From contig AP039705.1 in NCBI GenBank assembly GCA_051599415.1, positions 62,001 through 126,000 on the forward strand: DNA of 64,000 bases, in the 5' to 3' direction. The notes under the pieces are model-generated. The model made no database searches and was not told the DNA's origin. It was given only the letters and a program-made list of their open reading frames with translations. Positions 45,047-53,830 of this stretch are shown one piece after another (the stretch's first letter is position 1; each line of letters opens with the position of its first letter). A program made the position numbers and the translations under genes. The stretch is from Savitreella phatthalungensis (Eukaryota).

Positions 45047-46768
45047 ATGCTCACTCGGCGGACTGCACAGTCACTGCTTCGGCAGTCACCTCGTGCTAGG
45101 CTAGCCTCTACAAGTCCAGCTACGGGTCTAGGCGGCAATGTGTCACCTATTCCAGGACCAGCAGGCACTCCTCCGCCTCCTCCTCATCCCTCTCCTCCTT
45201 CTCCCTCGGGAGGTCGTCGCAGAGGAGGAGGCTTCTTCCGCACAGTCTGGCGATTCACCTACTTCTCCCTGATCGCCGGTGCAGGTGCAGCATCCTACAT
45301 GATCTGGGCGCAGCGTCACCCAGGACAACAGGCTCTCCCAGACCCAAGCAAGAAGACACTTGTCCTTCTCGGCTCAGGCTGGGGATCCTGCTCGATGCTC
45401 AAGAAGCTCGACACGGAGAACTACAACGTCATTGTCATTTCTCCACGAAACTACTTCCTCTTCACACCTCTCCTGCCTTCCACCACAACCGGCACAATCG
45501 ACTCACGCTCGATCCAGGAGCCCATTCGTCACATGACCCGTCACAAGCGTGCAGCTGTCACAACCTACGAGGCAGAGGCAACCTCCATCGACACAGAGAA
45601 CAAAACCATCACAATTGCAGACTCCATTGATCTGCCTGGCAAGCCAGCAGAGACGACCATCAGCTACGACTACCTCGTCATCGGCGTCGGCGCAGAGAAT
45701 CAGACATTCGGCATCAAGGGTGTGCGCGAGAACGCGTGCTTCCTCAAGGAGGCCTGGGACGCACAGAAGATCCGTGCAAAGATCATGGACTGCATCGAGA
45801 CCGCACAATTTAAATCACAGACGGATGAAGAGCGCGATCGCCTGCTCCATATGGTCGTCGTCGGCGGTGGACCAACCGGTATCGAGTTTGCCGCAGAGCT
45901 GCGCGACTTTTTCACTGAGGACTTGAGCGAGTGGTACCCAGAGATCCGTGACAAGTTCCGCGTCACCCTGGTCGAGGCTCTCCCGACAGTTCTTCCCATG
46001 TTCTCCAAGCAGCTGATCCAGTACACCGAGTCCAACTTCAAGAAGCAGGCCATCACCATTCACACAAAGACCATGGTCAAGGAGGTCACAGATCGTGACA
46101 TCACGGCCGAAGTCACCGGCGCAGATGGCAGCAAGAAGACGGAGAAGATTCCGTATGGTCTGCTCGTCTGGGCCACAGGCAACACACCTCGCAAGCTGAT
46201 CAAGGACATGCTTGCACGAATCCCTGAGCAGAAGGATGCACGTCGTGGACTCAAGGTGAATGACTTCCTCGTCGTTGAGGGCACAGAGAATGTTTGGGCT
46301 CTCGGAGACTGCACGGCGACCAAGTACGCACCGACTGCCCAGGCAGCCTCCCAGCAGGGTTCCTACCTCGCAAGCCTCTTCAACGACATGGCCAAGTCAG
46401 AGAAGCTCGACAAGGAGATCAACTACATCCTTGACCAGCTCAAGAAATCATCCGACCTCGCAGCGCCAGAGCGTGAAGCCCTCAAGAAGGCGCTCGACCT
46501 CAAATCCAGGTCGCTGAATGCCATCAAGGCGCGCACATTCGAGTACTCTCACCAAGGCTCGCTCGCCTACGTCGGCCGTGGTGACGCAATCGCAGACGTC
46601 TCCATCCCATTCCTCCCAACAGGCACCATCTCCTCAGGAGGCGCGGCCACCTACATCTTCTGGAAAGCAGCCTACCTCTCACAGACCTTCTCTCTCAGAA
46701 ATCGCATGCTCATCGCATTCGATTACATCAAGACCTCCCTCGTCGGCAGAGACTCCAGCAGTAGATAA
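45047..46768 (+). CDS. NDE1: Mitochondrial type-II (external) NADH dehydrogenase
   Basis: Presequence MLTRRTAQSLLRQ. LVLLGSGWG, SPRNYFLFTPLLPS, VVVGGGPTGIEFAAEL, ALGDC, PTAQAASQQG, GSLAYVG. Confidence 0.95.
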   Translation: MLTRRTAQSLLRQSPRARLASTSPATGLGGNVSPIPGPAGTPPPPPHPSPPSPSGGRRRGGGFFRTVWRFTYFSLIAGAGAASYMIWAQRHPGQQALPDPSKKTLVLLGSGWGSCSMLKKLDTENYNVIVISPRNYFLFTPLLPSTTTGTIDSRSIQEPIRHMTRHKRAAVTTYEAEATSIDTENKTITIADSIDLPGKPAETTISYDYLVIGVGAENQTFGIKGVRENACFLKEAWDAQKIRAKIMDCIETAQFKSQTDEERDRLLHMVVVGGGPTGIEFAAELRDFFTEDLSEWYPEIRDKFRVTLVEALPTVLPMFSKQLIQYTESNFKKQAITIHTKTMVKEVTDRDITAEVTGADGSKKTEKIPYGLLVWATGNTPRKLIKDMLARIPEQKDARRGLKVNDFLVVEGTENVWALGDCTATKYAPTAQAASQQGSYLASLFNDMAKSEKLDKEINYILDQLKKSSDLAAPEREALKKALDLKSRSLNAIKARTFEYSHQGSLAYVGRGDAIADVSIPFLPTGTISSGGAATYIFWKAAYLSQTFSLRNRMLIAFDYIKTSLVGRDSSSR

Positions 46769-46986
46769 CCGTGACCATCGTCAGCATGAGCAAAGACAAT
46801 AATCATCAAAGTAGACTACAAAAGAACTGAGCGTATGATCTTGAGTGTATAAGTCACGTGTGTGATGGTAAACAGAAGGACGTCACTTCATTTATCGAGT
46901 AAATTTATACTACGGCAGCCTTATCTCTCTATAGCCGTGGCTGCCTTTGCAACAACGGTCAGGACCCCATATGCTCGCCTTGCGCG

Positions 46987-48627
46987 ATGGGTAGAAACAC
47001 CGACAAGCTCTACATCACACATCGCGAGTGGTCCGGCGTCGAAGGTGGTAAGCATGGCGCCTCGGGTGGCATATCAAAGAGCGCATCGCTCGATCATAGA
47101 CCACAGACACAGCAACTGCCATTCGACACTTGCGCGCTGTCGCTCCAGCCATGGACACATCCGGTCGCTGCTCCGGGAGAGCTCCAGCCAGATGGCACGC
47201 GCAAAGGCGATATATTCGACCTCCTGGCCATCGTTCCCTGGCTAAAGTCGAAAGGCACTCACCCGCTCACCTGCGAACCTCTCCAGCTCGACAATCTCAT
47301 CACACTCCATTTCCACAAGTCTGACTCCGCTCAATCGAGCGAGTATGCAGATCCCATCACCGCCAAACCCTTCAACACCAATACCAGGATCGTTGCGATT
47401 GCAACCTCAGGAAATGTTTTCGCTCGAGACACCATCGATCGGCTCAACCTCCAGTCCAACCACATGAGAGATCTCCTCACAGATGAGCCTTTTACAAAGG
47501 CGGATATTCTGACATTGCAAGATCACACTCTGGCAAGCGTCTCGAGTGGGACGAAACGGAAGCGGGATGAGCAGTCCGTACCGGAGATCGAGCCTTCTGC
47601 AAGTAGGCCTTGTGCTGAGATCGCTCAGGAACCACGGAAACTGTCAGCCTACAGCACCGGCAGGACTGCTGCAAGTCTGACGTCCACAGGCGCTGGTGTG
47701 TCGACTGGTATCGACCGAGCTGTGATGACCGAGGAGGAGTACCTGCTCAGCGACAGCCCACGGTACACGCGTGTCAAGACGGTCGGTCTCGCTACGATTG
47801 AAACATCTATCGGCACACTCGACATCGAGCTCTTCCCTGAGCACGCCCCACGAGCCGTCTGGAACTTCATCACGCTCGCGAACGCCAACTACTTCGACGG
47901 CCTGCGAATCGGACCGATGAAGACCGGATACGCCGCGCGGTTCGGCGACCCCGGCGGCAGTCGATCTGGCGGTCGGTCGTGCTGGTCGACGGAGTTTCTA
48001 TCACGGACTCCGGACATTGTACCGCTGCGTCGACTGTGGGTGACAGACGCGGAGACCGGTGCATTCACAGACGAGATCTCAGTCAAATCCACATCTATCT
48101 TCACACTCGACACCCCGGGCTTCCTCGTCATGGCGCCCGCCAAGGCAAACGCAAATCTGTCCGTCTTCAGCGTCACACTAGGTCCGACGCCGGCGCTCTC
48201 CGGAAGGCGCACGTGTTTCGGCAAATGCGTCGGTCCTCTCTCCGACGCCACCCTCAGATCCCTCAACAACCTCGAAATCGACCCACAATCAAATCGGCCA
48301 ACCCAAGATATCACCATCACAGAAATCGTCATCCTGAGAGATCCCTTCAAACACCATCTCAGACACGAGAACCAGCTACACATCAAGCAAGGCAAGATCA
48401 AGCAAAGTCCAACGCAAGACGATCTCCACACGTGGTCAAATGCCAGGGCGACAGCAGGTCCTATAGCCTCTGCACACTCCCTTGACTCGAGTTGCTATAC
48501 CTATAAGCCAGCCGCTGAGCAGAGGATCCAGCAACGCGAAATCAAAGCTGATGCACCGGTAACGTCGGAGACGGGCAAGCTCAAGCAGCAGCAGAAGTCT
48601 AAATTCGGCAAGTTTGCAGGGTGGTAA
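46987..48627 (+). CDS. PPIL2: PPIL2/Cyp8-type U-box + cyclophilin-like protein with a degenerate cyclophilin domain
   Basis: MGRNTDKLYITHREWS, LPFDTCALSLQP, GNVF, DLLTDEPFTKADILTLQD, AYSTGRTAASLTST, IELFPEHAPRAVWNF, C-terminal FAGW. Confidence 0.88.
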   Translation: MGRNTDKLYITHREWSGVEGGKHGASGGISKSASLDHRPQTQQLPFDTCALSLQPWTHPVAAPGELQPDGTRKGDIFDLLAIVPWLKSKGTHPLTCEPLQLDNLITLHFHKSDSAQSSEYADPITAKPFNTNTRIVAIATSGNVFARDTIDRLNLQSNHMRDLLTDEPFTKADILTLQDHTLASVSSGTKRKRDEQSVPEIEPSASRPCAEIAQEPRKLSAYSTGRTAASLTSTGAGVSTGIDRAVMTEEEYLLSDSPRYTRVKTVGLATIETSIGTLDIELFPEHAPRAVWNFITLANANYFDGLRIGPMKTGYAARFGDPGGSRSGGRSCWSTEFLSRTPDIVPLRRLWVTDAETGAFTDEISVKSTSIFTLDTPGFLVMAPAKANANLSVFSVTLGPTPALSGRRTCFGKCVGPLSDATLRSLNNLEIDPQSNRPTQDITITEIVILRDPFKHHLRHENQLHIKQGKIKQSPTQDDLHTWSNARATAGPIASAHSLDSSCYTYKPAAEQRIQQREIKADAPVTSETGKLKQQQKSKFGKFAGW

Positions 48628-50454
48628 ATAAGTAGGACGTCCATGCAAGAGCTGTAGCTTCACGTGACAACAGAAGATTCGTATCCTTGGATCGATGGAA
48701 TGATCGTGCATAGCGGAGAAATGCAATTGTCATTGACGTCTGTAGAGGCCAACTCTTCGGAGTGAGAGATCTTCCATCGAAAGTCGGGTATCTCGGTCAA
48801 GCTCTCCCGCGGGATACACCTGTCGTATTGATCACCCCATCTGGCAGTATATTATGTTCGCCACCTATGTGATCCGCCACGATTACTTTACACCGGGCAT
48901 GACTACTATCGTGGCGCAGGCTCGGTGCAGATCTGACGGATCAGATCGATCTATGAGATTCACTTGACATGCATGACCTTGGTTGCCTCTCTAAAAGCTG
49001 CGACTGGAATGATCCAAATTCCCGCCGAGGAACAGTCCAAGTCCTCGCTTCCCAGTCTCATTCAGATACTCTACAGCCAATCGAAGCTGGATCCTATGAT
49101 CACAAGTCACAGATCATCCCTGGGAACTAATGGCGCAGATGTCAAATAGTAATGGATTTTATTAATTCAGATCCAGAGAGTATCAAAAGGTCAAGATCTC
49201 GACTGCGGAAATTGATGGAAGACGCGTTTTGTCCCACAGAGTTCGCTCAGATTGATCGATCGGAGAACATGTGGTTTCAAAATGGAATTGGTTAATAATC
49301 AGTCATTGAATCTAATCAGTATCAGATCAGAAGATCCGCGTCAATGAAATTGATCATCACGTTTCAACCTCAATCGGATACGAAATTATTCTTTTGACTG
49401 TTCTCAGATATGAGTACCACGCTTTGATCATCGTGTTTTCCAACCTCCTCCAATCTCTTCGGGTTTTCCTTTATTCTTCTCCCGCTCAATGAACCTGAAG
49501 CCCCGATCTCTTCCTTTCATTTGTTATGACTGCTCTCAGCTAGGAAACCGAGTGCGCGATCGCAGCAATTCATCGCGCGCGTGCTACGGGCTACAGGATC
49601 GCAGCCCATCGCCGTTCCCACTGGAGCCATAGTCCACTTCCCTGTTCGCCCATCTCCTCTTCCACGTAACCCACACACACAGACACCACTCACCACCTCA
49701 TCCTCCAACCTACAGACACAGACACCCACACGCACACAGACACAGACGCGCGCGCTCTACTCTGCTAGCCAGGTACAAACCTTCGCCACCATCCATCCGC
49801 CGCTCACGGGCTCAGGATACGATCCACAATCTGACCTTCTCTCGCATTCTGCCAGGATATCCTCCAATCGATCGCGCCATTGTCCTCCGAAGTCGAGATT
49901 CTCCACTCGATTTATAAACCTGCGACGCGCTCGATCCATATCACACCGTTCTTCTACAAAGGACAAAGACACCGTTGCGCGACACCAACAGACCTAGAGA
50001 TCGTTACTCACCTTCTCCTCTTCTGATCGATTTGTCTTCTCTCTGAAAACAACTTAAGCGCGACAGACCTTTCGAAGCTCAAAAACCAAGGAAACAGATA
50101 GCCAGAAAAGAGAGTCCTTTACTCTTCTTTTAGAAGGTCTTTCTCAACCTTTACAGACCGTATCCAAAACCTTTTGCTACGGCTCTCACTGTAACGACTT
50201 TGACGATCCAGGTCGAGGAAGTTAGGATATTACAACAGATATCCTACTTTCCACGTCTTTGCTGAGATCTCCCGGCGACAGTGAAGCTCAACCAAACAGG
50301 TTAGACAATACGTCCAATATCACCTCTTTTACTCTTTCGCTATCCAGCTACGAGCAAAAGTCACGCTTAAAAACTTCGCTTTTTAAGTTACGATAAACCC
50401 AACGACGACCTTGACGTTTCCAATCATTATTCACGCTATTAACGACGTGAAGTC

Positions 50455-51723
50455 ATGGACTCTTCTGGTACCACCCCGTCTTTTGACGCCCTCTTCGACG
50501 GCTCAGGTCTGACACCGTACGGTGCCAGGCCAGGCGACTCCAACCCGTTTGACAACCAATACGGCATGGCAATGGACGTGCGTGGCGGCCTCGGCTTCCA
50601 CAACCAGCATCTCTACAATGCCAACAGCAACAGTAACTCTTCTTCTACCTTTCAGCCAGGTGGTCCTGGACCTCCGTCTAGGGAATCTTCCTCGAAATCT
50701 TCCAACGAGGGTTCCTCTACCCCACCTTCAGCCTTGGACATCGCCGCAGCGGTAGACAATCCGACAGGCGTCAACAAGCCTGTGTCTGCTCGTCGACTGT
50801 CTCAGCAGGAGTTGATTGAGCGCAAGCGCATGAACGCAGCCGCTCAGCAGCTTGCCGCCTCACGCAATGGACTTCGGATGCAGGACAATCCTTCGTTCGA
50901 CCCGTCTGCCATCTCCGGTCAGCACGCGATCGGTACCGGTGGCGTCGAACTCCTCCTGCCCGGTGTCAATGTCGGTGGTTCATCGACATTCGTCCAACCT
51001 GGCGTGCCTCACCTCCACCGCGAGTCGAGCTCAAACACATCCTCTGGCAGCAGCCACACGGCCAAGCGTGTTGCCAAGATTGCTCGTCGCAGTGGAGGCG
51101 GTGCCGCTGGCAAGGCAGCAGGTCCAGCTGCATCCTCCTCGCTCTCTCCTGTCTCCTCCGTTGCACCCGGCAAGGTACTCCGCAGGCGTTCCTCTAACTC
51201 TGCAGGATCCACTGGAACAGGCAGCGGTGGTGACGAAACCAAGCGTGCGACGTTCCTTGAACGCAACCGCATCGCCGCCTCCAAGTGCAGGCACAAGAAG
51301 AAAGAATGGACCAACAATCTCGAAGCAGCAGCTCGTCAAGCCTCTCAGCAGTCGCGAGAGCTCCAGGCCATTGTCGCCGAGCTCCAGCACGAGCTGATGC
51401 ACTACCAAAACGAGCTGCTCATGCACCAGAATTGCGAGGACTGTGAGATTCAGTCGTATCTCCAGCAGCTTGCCGCACGTGCAGCCGCAGCCAACGGCTC
51501 GTACGCGCAGCAGCACCCGCACCTGCACCGCAACTCCTCTTCGAGCATGTCTGTCCAGCAGCAATTTGCAATGATGAACAGTGGTGGCTCACCCAACCCG
51601 AATCACGCCCACCACGTCCATTCTGCGCAGAACAGTTACAACAGCTTCAATCCAAACGACCCAAACGGCACGGGACTCGCCCAAGCGCCATCAGGGGGCT
51701 CAGTCGGTGGATGGTACCAGTGA
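50455..51723 (+). CDS. ATF/CREB-family bZIP transcription factor (Atf1/Atf21-like)
   Basis: KRATFLERNRIAASKCRHKKKEWTNNLE, leucine zipper, LLMHQNC. Confidence 0.9.
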   Translation: MDSSGTTPSFDALFDGSGLTPYGARPGDSNPFDNQYGMAMDVRGGLGFHNQHLYNANSNSNSSSTFQPGGPGPPSRESSSKSSNEGSSTPPSALDIAAAVDNPTGVNKPVSARRLSQQELIERKRMNAAAQQLAASRNGLRMQDNPSFDPSAISGQHAIGTGGVELLLPGVNVGGSSTFVQPGVPHLHRESSSNTSSGSSHTAKRVAKIARRSGGGAAGKAAGPAASSSLSPVSSVAPGKVLRRRSSNSAGSTGTGSGGDETKRATFLERNRIAASKCRHKKKEWTNNLEAAARQASQQSRELQAIVAELQHELMHYQNELLMHQNCEDCEIQSYLQQLAARAAAANGSYAQQHPHLHRNSSSSMSVQQQFAMMNSGGSPNPNHAHHVHSAQNSYNSFNPNDPNGTGLAQAPSGGSVGGWYQ

Positions 51724-52023
51724 AGATGTCTCGACTAATTTTTGTTTCTTGACTTTCACAATGACGCCACGATTACCTATTCGATGATCAACCTGTCCAT
51801 CGCACAACGTTCTCCATGACGACGACGACCCAAATCCCCAAATCCCGGATCCCCAATCTCTTCTACCTCATCGAAACTCCCCGAATCTCCTTTGTTCATC
51901 ACCGCGCGACTCATTTCGATCCGACCACGCTCTTTTCAAGTAGTTCTTCCTACTACTACATCTTAGTTCATCAGCTTCCTAACGTCCTATGTTCAATGGA
52001 CGCCCTTTCGTAGCTCTGAATTC

Positions 52024-53652
52024 CTACGCGTTTAGCGAGCTTTTATCACTTCTTGCCTTCTTCCGCTTATTCTTCTTCAATCGCCGTCTGTCTGCAGCGG
52101 ACATCGAAGTTGTCTCCCTCTGTTTATCGTCATGATGCACGCGCTCGTCATTTGTGTCATCATCGTTGTCGTCGTCCTCGTCGTGGTCGTGTGAGCGCTT
52201 GGATGAAACCTTCTCCCTGACGAGTAACGCCACGAAGAACCCAATCGTACCTTGATCCTTACCTATTCCATTCTCTCCCTCCTCACTGTTGTCAAGCGAA
52301 CCCGGCACACACCGAATCATGCCTTCAGCCATCCGCCTAGCGAGCTCAGGATCTTCGACACCAGATGCCATACAGGCGTCAGCTCGCCCTCTCAATGGCC
52401 ACCCTGGCAACGCATCCTTCCTCTCTGCCACATGCCAACGCCCCCACTCACCAGTCGCGGGCTCCTGCGACAGCACCGCCTTCACCACCACCGCCTCGTC
52501 CTCGATCGCGTGAACCGAGCACGTAGAGTAGGCGATCCGGTAAGCGTTCGGGTAGACTTTCATCGCGTGCTGCAGAATACCCCGTTGAAAAGTAGCCAAT
52601 GCAGCTAGTCTATCCTGCTCACCAGCCTCTCCACCATCCTCCTTCGCCAGATCTGAGCCAGAATCGTCCTCACCACTCGACGTCAGGTAGTCGAGGCGGT
52701 TGACGATCCCAGACCCACTGCAGCTCGGGTCGAGAAGGATGTGTGTGGTGGGAGCAAGGTGTGGATCTGTTAGTGGTGAGGAGGTTGTGAAGTCAGCGTG
52801 GATGACCTGTGTCAAGGATCCCGTGCCGGCGCGAGCCAGCATCGACCGCAGAATCTCAGCACGCCGACCATCTCTCTCAAATGCGACCACCTTGCCACCA
52901 GCACCCACAAGCGCAGCAGCGTGAGACGTCTTGTTACCAGGCGCAGCACAACCATCAACCACCTGCGCACCGCCACCAGGCGACAAAACCGCAGCAGGCA
53001 TACAAGACGCCTTGTTCTGCAAAATCAAACCGCCGTCCAAGTACAGTCGGTGCTCAGTGAGCTTGGCGGTAGGGTGGAAGGCTAGCAGGTTGGGGATGTG
53101 AGGGTCGATGAGCATCGCGTGCGGGTCGTCTCGAACTTCTTTGAGCGTTTCGACTATGTGGTAGCCCGAGCTTTCAAGAGTCGCAATGGCATCGTCGAAC
53201 GTGACGATGATCGTGTTCACGCGCCCCCAGCGTGCGACGAAAGCGTCCTCCTTCTTCGCCAGCTCCTTCACGTCCCGAGCGCCAGACCTGACCAGCACCT
53301 TCGTCAACTCCGCAGTCAGCCGAGCACGATGCCGGACAACAGCATCCCGAAGCGGATGCACACCAGCACGGATACCACCGCACGACTTGCGGCCAGCCCC
53401 GCGAGCAAATAGCAGATCATGCACCAGCACCAGCGTCACAAGACGATGCTTTCCCAGCTTCCGCTCAGCCTCAAACAACCGGGAAGCACTCATCACAGCA
53501 TCAATCGTCTCCCGGTACTTGAGCGTCTCCAGCACAAGCGCATACAGTCGTACATCACCACCCTTCACACCACGCAGAGTCAGCGCCTTGATACTCCCCT
53601 GGCGCCGGTCAAGCTTGTCGATCACTTCAGCAGCACGGAAGTACAACTCCAT
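52024..53652 (-). CDS. RCM1: 25S rRNA cytosine-C5 methyltransferase Rcm1/NSUN5
   Basis: MELYFRAA, YALVLETLKY, ILQNKASCMPA, DGCAAPGNKTSH, ILLDPSCSGSG, YSTCSVH, GFFVAL. Confidence 0.93.
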   Translation of the reverse strand: MELYFRAAEVIDKLDRRQGSIKALTLRGVKGGDVRLYALVLETLKYRETIDAVMSASRLFEAERKLGKHRLVTLVLVHDLLFARGAGRKSCGGIRAGVHPLRDAVVRHRARLTAELTKVLVRSGARDVKELAKKEDAFVARWGRVNTIIVTFDDAIATLESSGYHIVETLKEVRDDPHAMLIDPHIPNLLAFHPTAKLTEHRLYLDGGLILQNKASCMPAAVLSPGGGAQVVDGCAAPGNKTSHAAALVGAGGKVVAFERDGRRAEILRSMLARAGTGSLTQVIHADFTTSSPLTDPHLAPTTHILLDPSCSGSGIVNRLDYLTSSGEDDSGSDLAKEDGGEAGEQDRLAALATFQRGILQHAMKVYPNAYRIAYSTCSVHAIEDEAVVVKAVLSQEPATGEWGRWHVAERKDALPGWPLRGRADACMASGVEDPELARRMAEGMIRCVPGSLDNSEEGENGIGKDQGTIGFFVALLVREKVSSKRSHDHDEDDDNDDDTNDERVHHDDKQRETTSMSAADRRRLKKNKRKKARSDKSSLNA

Positions 53653-53830
53653 CGTCCCGAACTCCTGATAAATCCAATTCAGCCAGACCTCCTGAAGCAA
53701 GAGTGCCGTTAGAGGCTATCGTAGATGTCTATTGTACAATGTCCTTGAGTTACTGAGCTCGAGCTCGTACAAAAGAAAGGTGGATGACGCACGTGATGAT
53801 TTGATAGATCAATCAATATCTCATCAATCT

